Of a stretch of DNA of 64,000 nt, positions 52,808-62,139 are shown piece by piece. Every line of letters begins with the position of its first letter. Within the stretch, counting starts at the first letter, position 1. The translations under genes and the position numbers were made by a program. A model generated the notes under the pieces. The model was not told the origin of the DNA. It worked only from the letters and a program-made list of their open reading frames with translations, and did not search any database. This DNA is from an uncultured Aliarcobacter sp. (GTDB taxonomy: Bacteria; Campylobacterota; Campylobacteria; Campylobacterales; Arcobacteraceae): assembly GCA_963677435.1 (NCBI GenBank), contig OY781945.1:2464001-2528000 (forward strand), written 5' to 3'.

Positions 52808-53887
52808 GTGAAAATAGGAAAGTATGAGATTAAGCATCCAATTATTCAAGGTGGAATGGGTGTAGGAATTAGTTGGGATCAATTAGCAGGTAATGTAAGT
52901 TTAGAAGGTGGACTAGGTGTTATTTCTGCCGTTGGTACTGGTTATTATAAAAATAAAAGTGAAAATATTCATATAGTTACAAAAAAAGATAAACCAAAAG
53001 ATGTTGCAAATTTTTATAGTAGAGATTCACTTTTCGAAATAGTTGCAAATGCAAGAAAAATTTGTGGTGATGCGCCAATTGCTTGTAATGTTTTATATGC
53101 AATAAATGATTATGGAAGAGTTGTAAGAGATGCTTGTGAAGCAGGTGCAAATATTATAATTACAGGTGCGGGATTACCTACAAATATGCCTGAATTTACA
53201 AAAGATTTTCCTGATGTTGCATTAGTTCCAATTGTTTCAAGTGCAAGAGCATTAAAATTAATTTGTAAAAAATGGAAAAGATACAATAAACTTCCAGATG
53301 CAATAATTGTTGAAGGTCCTTTAAGTGGTGGACATCAAGGATTTACATATGAACAATGTACGCAAGAAGAGTTTCAATTAGAGAATATTATTGGTCCAGT
53401 TATTGAAGAAGCTAAAGAGTGGGGAGATATTCCAATTATTGCTGCTGGTGGTGTTTGGGATAAAAAAGATATTGATAAATTTTTAGCAATGGGTTGTTCT
53501 GGTGTTCAAATGGCAACTAGATTTATAGGAACTTTTGAATGTGATGCTGATGCAAACTTTAAAAATGTATTATTAAACTCTAAAGCTGAAGATATTCAAT
53601 TAATGAAATCTCCTGTTGGTCTTCCTGCTCGTGGAGTTATGACTAATTTACAATTTTCAATTGAAAATAAAACAGCTCCAAAAGTTCAATGTATTTCAAA
53701 CTGTGTAGCACCTTGTAATAGAGGTCATGAAGCTAAAATTGTTGGTTATTGTATTGCAGATAGATTAGGTGCTGCATATAAAGGTGATTTAGATACTGGT
53801 TTATTTTTTTCAGGTTCAAACGGATATAGAATTGAAAAAATTATCTCTGTAAAAGAACTAATGGAAAAATTAACACAAGGAGAATAA
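52808..53887 (+). CDS. fabX: FabK/nitronate monooxygenase-family flavoprotein; probable FabX (acyl-ACP dehydrogenase/isomerase for unsaturated fatty acid synthesis)
   Basis: PIIQGGMGVG, EGPLSGGHQG, CISNCVAPC...GYC Fe-S motif; the tyrS-X-amiA order matches H. pylori fabX. GTG start. Confidence 0.75.
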   Translation: MKIGKYEIKHPIIQGGMGVGISWDQLAGNVSLEGGLGVISAVGTGYYKNKSENIHIVTKKDKPKDVANFYSRDSLFEIVANARKICGDAPIACNVLYAINDYGRVVRDACEAGANIIITGAGLPTNMPEFTKDFPDVALVPIVSSARALKLICKKWKRYNKLPDAIIVEGPLSGGHQGFTYEQCTQEEFQLENIIGPVIEEAKEWGDIPIIAAGGVWDKKDIDKFLAMGCSGVQMATRFIGTFECDADANFKNVLLNSKAEDIQLMKSPVGLPARGVMTNLQFSIENKTAPKVQCISNCVAPCNRGHEAKIVGYCIADRLGAAYKGDLDTGLFFSGSNGYRIEKIISVKELMEKLTQGE

Positions 53888-53889
53888 AA

Positions 53890-55638
53890 ATTTTAAAAAA
53901 ATTTTTTATTCTAATCATTCTAACTTTTAATCTACTAATTGCAGCTGATTCAATTAGTAGCTTAAATCAACAATATCGTTCATCTAAAATGGATTATCTA
54001 AAAGCTGTAATGAGAAAAGATGAACAATCAAAAATTGATGCTCTAAAAGAGATAATTGATATTGGTGAAAAACTTGGTAAAAATGTCACTCCTGATAAAA
54101 AGAAATTAGAAATATTATCAAAAAGACTAGAGAAAACAACTAGTGCTCAAAGCAATTCATCATCTAATAATAAGCTTTTCTCAATAAATTCTGTTTACAC
54201 TTCAGATAATAGTATTATTATTGATTTTAATGTAGATATTGACTCAAAGGATATAAAATTCTTTGAATTAAAACAGAGTAATTTATTTAGAGATGTTTAT
54301 GACATTAATGGATATTTTAAAGATGCAATTCCAACCAAGTTACAGATTGCAGGTGTTGATAGAATTACATTAGGACAATTTAAACCAGATGTATTAAGAG
54401 TAGTATTTTCACATAATAAAAATCTACCTACTTCTTATAAAGTAAGTAAAAGACAAATTATAATTTCAGTTGACAGTTTAGAAAAAACTCAAGAAAAAGC
54501 TCCTGAAATAAAAAAAGAAGAGATTAAACCAAAATTTGAACCAGTTAATGTTGATACACAGAATTCAATTCGTTCTATTGATACTTACGAAAATAAAATT
54601 ATTGTTAAATTTAATAAAAATTATTCAAAAAAAGATATAAATCAATTTTCAAAGAAAAATGGAAATAAGTATGAATATACTTTTGATATTGCAGGGAAAT
54701 ATAAATATACTGGTCCTACAAAATTAAAAATTGATAATATAGATAGAATTCTAGTTACCGATGATAAAGATAATGTTCGAATAAAAATATCTAATGATAA
54801 TAATCCAAAAATTACATATGCTCTTTCTTCAAGAGAGTTAAGCATAGATATTATTGCTACAGCAAGTGAGAAATCTAATAATACGAAAGAACCAGAAAAA
54901 AACACTATTCCAGAAGCACTTCCTGCAGTTGTAGCAAAACAAGTAACATCTATTAGAAGAAATAAAACCATTGTTCTTGACGCAGGACATGGGGGAGAAG
55001 ATGCTGGAGCCGTTGGACCTAATAAAAGGTATGAAAAAGTTATAAATTTAAATGTTACAAAATATTTAGCAGCAATTTTAAAACAAAGAGGTTATAAAGT
55101 TTATCTCACAAGAAGTAAAGATATATTTATAAAAGTAATGGAAAGAACTGTTTTGGCCAATGAAAAAGATGCTGACTTGTTTATGTCAATACATACAAAT
55201 GCTGTTCCTAAAGAAAAAGCTAATGAAGTTGATGGTATAGAAACATTTTTCTTAAGTCCAGCAAGGGAAGAAAGAGCAAAAAGAGTTGCGGCACTTGAAA
55301 ATAAATCAGATATTAGAGAAATGAGTGCCTCTTCAAAAGATGTATTCTTAGAATCATTAAATCGTCCAAGAATCACAGCATCTCATAAATTTGCAATAGA
55401 TGTTCAAGCGGGTATTTTACAATCAGCTAGAAGTAAATATAAAGATGTACAAGATTCAGGGGTAAGAGAAGGACCATTTTGGGTACTTGTAGGTGCGCAG
55501 ATGCCTTCAATTTTGGTTGAGTTAGGATATATTACACATCCAGTTGAAGGGAAAAGATTGTATGATAAAAGTTATCAACAACTATTAGCAAATGGAATTG
55601 CTAATGGTGTAGATTCTTATTTTTCAAAAAATCCTTAA
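53890..55638 (+). CDS. amiA: N-acetylmuramoyl-L-alanine amidase (Amidase_3) with tandem AMIN-like domains
   Basis: IVLDAGHGGEDAGA, EK, SIHTNA, GPFWVL, SILVELGY. The frame is open upstream of ATG 53989 and encodes a signal peptide from ATT at 53890 (start uncertain). Confidence 0.9.
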   Translation: MLKKFFILIILTFNLLIAADSISSLNQQYRSSKMDYLKAVMRKDEQSKIDALKEIIDIGEKLGKNVTPDKKKLEILSKRLEKTTSAQSNSSSNNKLFSINSVYTSDNSIIIDFNVDIDSKDIKFFELKQSNLFRDVYDINGYFKDAIPTKLQIAGVDRITLGQFKPDVLRVVFSHNKNLPTSYKVSKRQIIISVDSLEKTQEKAPEIKKEEIKPKFEPVNVDTQNSIRSIDTYENKIIVKFNKNYSKKDINQFSKKNGNKYEYTFDIAGKYKYTGPTKLKIDNIDRILVTDDKDNVRIKISNDNNPKITYALSSRELSIDIIATASEKSNNTKEPEKNTIPEALPAVVAKQVTSIRRNKTIVLDAGHGGEDAGAVGPNKRYEKVINLNVTKYLAAILKQRGYKVYLTRSKDIFIKVMERTVLANEKDADLFMSIHTNAVPKEKANEVDGIETFFLSPAREERAKRVAALENKSDIREMSASSKDVFLESLNRPRITASHKFAIDVQAGILQSARSKYKDVQDSGVREGPFWVLVGAQMPSILVELGYITHPVEGKRLYDKSYQQLLANGIANGVDSYFSKNP

Positions 55639-56047
55639 TCTCTTTAATCAAATTAACTTGTTTAGTTTTTATTCTTGGTAAATTATTCAAAGAAAAAAAT
55701 TTAACCTTTGAATTTTCCCAAGATAAATAATTGTTTTTTAAAGTATCCTCTACAAAATATTGTTCTAAATTATCAATATTATTTGCATTAACTAACCAAA
55801 TACCAACATCTTTATCTATATTAATTTGCTCAAAATAATCTTCAAAAAGAGCTGTTTCAACCTCAATTGAACACTCTTCCATAAACTCTCTTTTAGCACA
55901 TTCATAGGCTGATTCATTGTTATTTTTTGTACCTTTTAAACAACCCCATTTATCTTTACTTGCAACTGATTTACATAATAATATCTTTATATTATCCTGC
56001 GTTACTAAATAAGGAACTACCCCATACGATTTTACATGAGATCTCAT
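55601..56047 (-). CDS. NUDIX hydrolase
   Basis: WGCLKGTKNNNESAYECAKREFMEE Nudix box; 3' end overlaps amiA by 38 bp. Confidence 0.8.
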   Translation of the reverse strand: MRSHVKSYGVVPYLVTQDNIKILLCKSVASKDKWGCLKGTKNNNESAYECAKREFMEECSIEVETALFEDYFEQINIDKDVGIWLVNANNIDNLEQYFVEDTLKNNYLSWENSKVKFFSLNNLPRIKTKQVNLIKEIKDFLKNKNLHH

Positions 56048-56059
56048 CTTTTTACCTTG

Positions 56060-57127
56060 TTAAGAATTTATTTTTTTATTATATAGATACATTGAAATAA
56101 TTACCCAAATTAACATGGGTAATAAAATAGATACTTCAGGAATTACAATGCCTCCCTTTGTAAATTTAAATAACATAAAGAAAATACCCCAAATTATAAG
56201 TGTTCCAAAAATTGAAATAGATGTAAATTTCCCAACATTAAAAAATCTACTATTTAAAGAAGCATATGCAAAAATCAATAATATCAAAGGAATTACAAAA
56301 AAAGGAATTACAATTTGATTATATAAAATACTTCTAATTTTATCTGTATTTATTCCTTGCTCTTTTAGTAATATTACAGCAGAAACAGCATCAAAGATTG
56401 AAAATTCAGAATTATTTTCATAAACATTATCCAGAATTTTTGGTTTAAAACCATCTAAAGTATGTAAAAATTTCTCATATCTTATTTCTAATTTTGAATC
56501 ATCTATATTTAAATCTTTTGGTTTATCAATTATTTTCACATTTACAACATACCATCTATTATTTTGAAAATATGCTTTTTCACCTATTATAGTCTCAATT
56601 ACATCTTTTCCTGAAACCTTAAAAATATGTATATTTTCAGCTCTTTTTTCTAAAGGTAATAACTTTTTAAAATATACATAATAATCATTATATTTTAAAA
56701 AAATATCATTTTTTGTACTTGTAAAATATTCATTATTTAGAATTTTACTTTTCTGATCTGATGAGTATGCTAAAGGAGTCATTTGTAGAAAAATAAGAAC
56801 AATTAATAATAAAACAGAAATATTTACAACAGGTAAAAAAATTCTTTTATTAGTTGCTCCAAGGGCATTAAAGGCAACAAATTCATTATTTCTAATAAAT
56901 ACTACTAAAGTTACAATCCATCCAAATACAATTGATAATGGCAATGTTAATGTTAATGTAAAAAATGACATATATAACACATACAAAAGTTGTAAGTTAG
57001 CTGATTGAGGAAGAGATTTAAAGTTTTGTAAAATATCAATACCAACAAAAAAAACTTCTAATGAAAGTAAAACAATAATAAAGTTAATTAAATATTTTTT
57101 TAAAATGTATTTTGTTAATATGCTCAT
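56060..57127 (-). CDS. LptF/LptG family LPS export permease
   Basis: 3 TM, periplasmic domain, 3 TM; LPLS, NNEFVAFNALG. Confidence 0.9.
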   Translation of the reverse strand: MSILTKYILKKYLINFIIVLLSLEVFFVGIDILQNFKSLPQSANLQLLYVLYMSFFTLTLTLPLSIVFGWIVTLVVFIRNNEFVAFNALGATNKRIFLPVVNISVLLLIVLIFLQMTPLAYSSDQKSKILNNEYFTSTKNDIFLKYNDYYVYFKKLLPLEKRAENIHIFKVSGKDVIETIIGEKAYFQNNRWYVVNVKIIDKPKDLNIDDSKLEIRYEKFLHTLDGFKPKILDNVYENNSEFSIFDAVSAVILLKEQGINTDKIRSILYNQIVIPFFVIPLILLIFAYASLNSRFFNVGKFTSISIFGTLIIWGIFFMLFKFTKGGIVIPEVSILLPMLIWVIISMYLYNKKINS

Positions 57128-57128
57128 C

Positions 57129-57680
57129 TTACTTCAATGTAAATTTAGTTTTTACTTGTTCTATATCTTCACTTTTTAGTGCTTTTATAGCATTCATAAT
57201 ATGCGCTATTATATCTGGTAGTTTGTTTAATTCTTCTTTTGAAAAATTATTTAACACATAATTTGCAACATCTGCTTTGTCTTGAGGTTTTCCAACTCCA
57301 ATTCTTACTCGAATATACTCTTTTCCTATATGGGCATCAATTGATCTTAAACCATTATGACCACCATGACCACCACCTATTTTAAACTTTACAGTTCCAA
57401 ATGGTAAATCAATATCATCATGAATCACAATAATATCTTCCATTTCTAATTTATAATACTCTTTAATAGCTTGAACAGCCATTCCAGAATTATTCATAAA
57501 AGTTGTGGGTTTTGAGTATAAATCATAAGCTGATTTTTCTAGAGTTGAATGAAAATTTGATTTTTGAATATTTGAAGTTGTAAGATTTTTGGTTATCTCA
57601 TCGATAACCATAAATCCTACATTATGTCTTGTTAATTGATATTTATCACCAATATTCCCAAGACCTACAATTAAATGCAT
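57129..57680 (-). CDS. pth: Peptidyl-tRNA hydrolase
   Basis: LIVGLGN, TRHNVGF, KPTTFMNNSG, HDDIDL, GGHNGLRS. Confidence 0.97.
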   Translation of the reverse strand: MHLIVGLGNIGDKYQLTRHNVGFMVIDEITKNLTTSNIQKSNFHSTLEKSAYDLYSKPTTFMNNSGMAVQAIKEYYKLEMEDIIVIHDDIDLPFGTVKFKIGGGHGGHNGLRSIDAHIGKEYIRVRIGVGKPQDKADVANYVLNNFSKEELNKLPDIIAHIMNAIKALKSEDIEQVKTKFTLK

Positions 57681-57690
57681 TGAATTAAAA

Positions 57691-58227
57691 CTATTTAGCT
57701 TTAATTATACCAACAACAGGAACTCTTGGATCTAAGAAACACTCTAATGAACCAGGTAAAGTTAAATCTCTAATTAAGATATTATCACCTGTATCTAAGT
57801 TTGTTACATCTAAAGTAATGTTATTTGGTAATTCTTCAACAGTACATTTAACAGGTACTCTTTTAGTATGAATCATTAAAAGACCTTTATTTTTAAGACC
57901 TTTTGCAATACCTGTAGTTTTAACTGGGATTTTATATGAAGTTTTAACACCTGCTTGTGCAACCATTAAATCAACATGTAATAACTCAGAAGTTAACGGA
58001 CATTTTTGATATTCTTGAACTACAACTTTTACAATGTTTCCACCAAGATTAACATCAAATGCTAAAGTCTCTTTGTTTCTTAAAAATTTGATAAATTCAT
58101 TTCTTTTGAATGCCGCTGAAATATTTTCTAAACCTTTACCATAGATATTTGCAATTAAATACCCTTCTCTTCTTAAAGTTTTAGTAGCTTGTTTTGTCAT
58201 ACTATCTCTGATGATACCCTCTAACAT
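57691..58227 (-). CDS. rplY: 50S ribosomal protein L25/Ctc
   Basis: [32 protein letters not shown]; upstream of pth. Confidence 0.95.
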   Translation of the reverse strand: MLEGIIRDSMTKQATKTLRREGYLIANIYGKGLENISAAFKRNEFIKFLRNKETLAFDVNLGGNIVKVVVQEYQKCPLTSELLHVDLMVAQAGVKTSYKIPVKTTGIAKGLKNKGLLMIHTKRVPVKCTVEELPNNITLDVTNLDTGDNILIRDLTLPGSLECFLDPRVPVVGIIKAK

Positions 58228-58382
58228 AACGTTTCCTTTTTGTTTTAAATTTAGGGCAGGATTATATAGAAAGTTTTCTAAATATTAGTTTAAGTTTTTA
58301 TTAATCTTACATTTAACTTTTATTAATTGATTTTTAGATATTATATTTTCCTTAATAAAAACAAAATATAAGGTAAAACCCG

Positions 58383-59243
58383 ATGATATTATTAGATGGA
58401 AAAGCATTATCTGAAAAAATCAAAGAAGAAGTAAAAGTTGAAGTAGCACAACTAGTTGAAGAAAAACAAATAACTCCAGGACTTGCAGTTATTTTAGTTG
58501 GTAATGATGCGGCTAGTGCAACATATGTGGCAAGCAAAGCAAAATCATGTAAAAATGCGGGTATTTACTCTGTTGTTCATGAAATGCCAGATAGTATTAC
58601 TCAAGAAGAATTATTAGAAACAATTGAAATGATGAATAAAAATCCAAAACTTGATGGTATCTTAGTTCAATTACCACTTCCAAAACATATTGATACAACT
58701 ACTGTTTTAGAAGCAATTAATCCTTTAAAAGATGTGGATGGTTTCCATCCGTACAATGTTGGAAGAATGGTTTCAAATCTTGATTCTTTTTTACCAGCAA
58801 CTCCTTTTGGTGTTATGAGAATGTTTGAAGAATATGGTATAGAATTAAGTGGTAAAAATGTTGTAGTAATTGGAAGTAGTGATATTGTTGGTAAGCCAAT
58901 GGCTTCACTTTTAATTAATGCAAAAGCAACAGTAACTGTTTGTAACTCACGAACAAAAGATTTAAAAGCTCACACAAAAGAAGCTGATATTGTTATCATT
59001 GCTGTTGGTGTTCCACATTTACTAAAAGCTGATATGATTAAAGATGGTGCAGTTGTTATTGATGTTGGTATCAATAGACTTGATACTGGTAAATTAACAG
59101 GTGATGCTGACTTTGAAGATTGTAAAGAAAAATGTTCATTTATAACTCCAGTTCCTGGTGGAGTTGGACCTATGACAATTGGTATGTTATTAAAAAATAC
59201 TCTTAAAGCTGCAAAATTAAGAGATAAAAGAGAAAGTAAATAA
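58383..59243 (+). CDS. folD: Methylenetetrahydrofolate dehydrogenase/cyclohydrolase
   Basis: LDGK, PGLAVILVG, GILVQLPLP, KDVDGFH, DVGINR, TPVPGGVGPMT. Confidence 0.97.
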   Translation: MILLDGKALSEKIKEEVKVEVAQLVEEKQITPGLAVILVGNDAASATYVASKAKSCKNAGIYSVVHEMPDSITQEELLETIEMMNKNPKLDGILVQLPLPKHIDTTTVLEAINPLKDVDGFHPYNVGRMVSNLDSFLPATPFGVMRMFEEYGIELSGKNVVVIGSSDIVGKPMASLLINAKATVTVCNSRTKDLKAHTKEADIVIIAVGVPHLLKADMIKDGAVVIDVGINRLDTGKLTGDADFEDCKEKCSFITPVPGGVGPMTIGMLLKNTLKAAKLRDKRESK

Positions 59244-60029
59244 ATGTTAAAAAAACTATATAACTGGTCTAGTTCTTGGACTGGTACAATTGTAATTGTT
59301 CTTGCAATAATATTTTTTGTTGCACAAGCATTTGTAATTCCAAGTGGAAGTATGAAAAATACACTTCTAATTGGTGATATGCTTTTTGTTAAAAAATTCT
59401 CTTATGGTATTCCAACTCCAAGAATACCATGGCTTGAAGTAAAAGTATTACCTGATTTTAATAACAATGGACATTTAATTGAAGGACCAAGACCACAAAG
59501 AGGTGATATTGTTGTTTTTAGATACCCAAAAAATGAAAATATTCACTATGTAAAAAGAGCAGTTGCAACTGGTGGAGATTTAGTTGCAGTTAAAGATAAA
59601 CATCTTTTACTTCATCCAAAAGAAGGAAATGAGTTTGTAAAAGTAAACTATCCAAAAGAAAATATTATTGAAATTGATAATAAACTTTGGGTAGTTGACC
59701 CTTACCAAAAAGAACATCCAGGAATTCACCATGATGAAAAAATTGTTGATAATGGTTTAAATCCAGCAGAATTATTTAACATGTCACCAATTATTGTTCC
59801 AGAAGATGAAACATTTATGATGGGTGATAATAGAGATCACTCAAATGATTCAAGATTTTGGGGAACTGTTCCATATAAAGATGTTGTAGGAACTCCTTGG
59901 TTTATCTATTTTTCATGGAATGATAACAAAGAGATTAGATGGGATAGAGTTTTAAAAAGTGTTGAAACATTAGAAAAAACTGTAGATTTTGATAAATTAG
60001 AGATTGAGCAAGAAGAAGGAATTTATTAA
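59244..60029 (+). CDS. lepB: Signal peptidase I
   Basis: IPSGSM (catalytic Ser), RGDIVVF, YVKR (catalytic Lys), MMGDNRDHSNDSRFWG. Confidence 0.96.
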   Translation: MLKKLYNWSSSWTGTIVIVLAIIFFVAQAFVIPSGSMKNTLLIGDMLFVKKFSYGIPTPRIPWLEVKVLPDFNNNGHLIEGPRPQRGDIVVFRYPKNENIHYVKRAVATGGDLVAVKDKHLLLHPKEGNEFVKVNYPKENIIEIDNKLWVVDPYQKEHPGIHHDEKIVDNGLNPAELFNMSPIIVPEDETFMMGDNRDHSNDSRFWGTVPYKDVVGTPWFIYFSWNDNKEIRWDRVLKSVETLEKTVDFDKLEIEQEEGIY

Positions 60030-60484
60030 TGAAATATTTTATTGGTGCAGATCATGCAGGAATTGATATAAAAGACTATGTTAAAGAACTTTTTGAAGAA
60101 AGAGGTCATGAAGTTATAGACTTAGGACCTTTTAGTAAAGATAGAGTTGATTATCCTGATTATGCTTCAAAAGTTTGTAAAAAAGTACTTGAAGAAGAAG
60201 GAACTATGGGAATCTTAATCTGTGGTTCAGGACTTGGAATGAGTATGGCTGCAAATAAATTTGATGGAATTAGAGCAGCACTTTGTCATAATGAATATAG
60301 TGCAAGAATGGCTAGAAAACACAATGATGCAAATGTAATTTGCTTAGGGGAGAGAGTTTCTGGATATGGAATGATTGAAGCTATAATCAAATCTTGGGAT
60401 AAAGCAGAATTCGAAGGTGGAAGACACGCAGGTCGAGTTGAAAAAATCAACGCTTTAGGAAAAATGGGAAGTTGTAGAGCATAG
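60029..60484 (+). CDS. rpiB: Ribose-5-phosphate isomerase B
   Basis: GADHAG, VDYPD, ICGSGLG, HNDANV, FEGGRH. Confidence 0.96.
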   Translation: MKYFIGADHAGIDIKDYVKELFEERGHEVIDLGPFSKDRVDYPDYASKVCKKVLEEEGTMGILICGSGLGMSMAANKFDGIRAALCHNEYSARMARKHNDANVICLGERVSGYGMIEAIIKSWDKAEFEGGRHAGRVEKINALGKMGSCRA

Positions 60485-60499
60485 TTTTCTATGCCCTAC
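60474..60499. terminator. Bidirectional terminator hairpin overlapping the rpiB and GNAT stop codons
   Basis: GTAGAGCATAG-TTTT-CTATGCCCTAC (one mismatch, which is G.U on the minus strand), followed by TTT. Confidence 0.65.
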
Positions 60500-60909
60500 T
60501 TTACCATCAAATATCCATCACTATCTTCATAATAATCTTTTAAAACTTTTTTTATTTTAAATCCAAATTTTTCATATAATTTTACAGCTTTTTCATTTTT
60601 TACTTTTACTTCAAGGGAATAATTTTTATTTTTTAACTCTTTAAAACTAAATTCTAAAAGTTTTGAAGCAATTCCTAATCCTTGAAAATTTTCATCAATT
60701 GCAAGGGAATACAGTCGAAAATACTCTTTTCTCTCAAGCCATAAAATATATCCAACTATTTTTTTTTCCATCTGGATTTTAAAGATTTTATTTTTAAAAA
60801 TATGATATTTGAAACTAGCTTTACTAAGTGCAAAACTATCATTTTTAAAAACTCTTTTTTCTATATCGTATAAAGAGTTTAAATCTTCTATTTTAGCTTG
60901 ACTAATCAT
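60496..60909 (-). CDS. GNAT acetyltransferase (RimI-like)
   Basis: RLYSLAIDENFQGLGIASKLL acetyl-CoA motif, LEVKVKNEKAVKLYEKFGF, DYYED. Confidence 0.88.
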   Translation of the reverse strand: MISQAKIEDLNSLYDIEKRVFKNDSFALSKASFKYHIFKNKIFKIQMEKKIVGYILWLERKEYFRLYSLAIDENFQGLGIASKLLEFSFKELKNKNYSLEVKVKNEKAVKLYEKFGFKIKKVLKDYYEDSDGYLMVK

Positions 60910-61886
60910 TTTTGATAAATTGTATATTTTGGAACTAATTTTTTTGGACGATATGACATTTTAACTTTTTTAAGATTTTCAAATCCCATATCATCACCAA
61001 CATTTATATACTCAACTGCATATTTATCTTTTAAGATTTTTGTAAACTCTCTAAAAATAAATTGGGCACAACCTAAAATTTCAAAATCTGTTTTTTCAAT
61101 AATTACACTTGCTGTTTGTTCATTTATTTTTTCACCAACTGTAAAACCTTTTATTTCATCATCAATATAAATTACAAGCCCAATAATGTCTAAATTTTCA
61201 TAATCATTAATAAGTCTTTTAATGGCAAATCTTTCAAAATAAATACCATCCATAAAAACTTCAACTTCTTCTTTTGGCATATATGTAGTTCTATCTTTTA
61301 CCCATTTATTAAAAAGTGACATAACCTCTTTTGCATGTTTTTCTTTTTCTAAAATCTCTAATCTAAAATTTGGATAAACTTTTCTAAATCTATTTATCTC
61401 ATTTCTTTTTGATTTATAAGAGTCACCTTTTAAGTCTATTAGATCTTCAACTTTATAAATGTAATCAACAAGTTTTTTCTCAATAATAAAATCTTTTAAC
61501 ATTTCATATACTAAAGTGCCCTCTTCTAAATAATCAACAAATCCCTCAAGTAACTCTTCATGAACATACTCAATTTTTGAGTAGTTTCTATTGCTATTAT
61601 GAGAATTCATAATTTCAAAACATCTTAGCATTGCTTCATAAGTATTCTCTTTTTTACCTATTGGAGGTAATAACATTGATAGTTCACCTGAATTTAAAAT
61701 GAACAAACAAAAAGTCTCATTTACTATTGCATAAAATCCTGTTGCTGTTGAAAGCCAAATATAATTACCTGCAAATGTATAATCACTAACATCTACATTT
61801 ATTAGTTTTAAATACTCATCCATTGTATCTTTTGCTTTTAAATCAAAATGTTTTAAAGTATAGTTGTTTATTGTCAAAGTTGACAT
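60906..61886 (-). CDS. DUF2156 / phosphatidylglycerol lysyltransferase C-terminal-like soluble protein
   Basis: SDYTFAGNYIW, DYIY...DLIDLKG...KRNEINRF, GFTVGE, IEK, YINVGDDMGFENLKKVKMSYRP. Confidence 0.85.
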   Translation of the reverse strand: MSTLTINNYTLKHFDLKAKDTMDEYLKLINVDVSDYTFAGNYIWLSTATGFYAIVNETFCLFILNSGELSMLLPPIGKKENTYEAMLRCFEIMNSHNSNRNYSKIEYVHEELLEGFVDYLEEGTLVYEMLKDFIIEKKLVDYIYKVEDLIDLKGDSYKSKRNEINRFRKVYPNFRLEILEKEKHAKEVMSLFNKWVKDRTTYMPKEEVEVFMDGIYFERFAIKRLINDYENLDIIGLVIYIDDEIKGFTVGEKINEQTASVIIEKTDFEILGCAQFIFREFTKILKDKYAVEYINVGDDMGFENLKKVKMSYRPKKLVPKYTIYQK

Positions 61887-62025
61887 TTTATTTTTTTCCT
61901 TAAGAAAGATTTTGCGAATTATACATCTGTTTTTAACATTTGCATCAAATCCTTCAAAAGTTTATTCTAAGTGCCTATTTATCAATATTATGAGATAATC
62001 AAACAAAATTCAAAAGGCATAAATT

Positions 62026-62139
62026 ATGAGTGATTGGCAAGTATATTTAATGATGTTTATTGTTGTTAGTGCAATGTTACTTGGTAAAAAAATGATGTTT
62101 TTTGATGATACAAAAAAAGAGCCAAAGGATAAAAATTGA
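62026..62139 (+). CDS. Small single-pass membrane protein (37 aa), below the ORF-track size cut-off
   Basis: MSDWQVYLMMFIVVSAMLLGKKMMFFDDTKKEPKDKN*; AAAAGG 8 nt upstream; the stop overlaps the next gene's start (TTGA). Confidence 0.7.
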   Translation: MSDWQVYLMMFIVVSAMLLGKKMMFFDDTKKEPKDKN

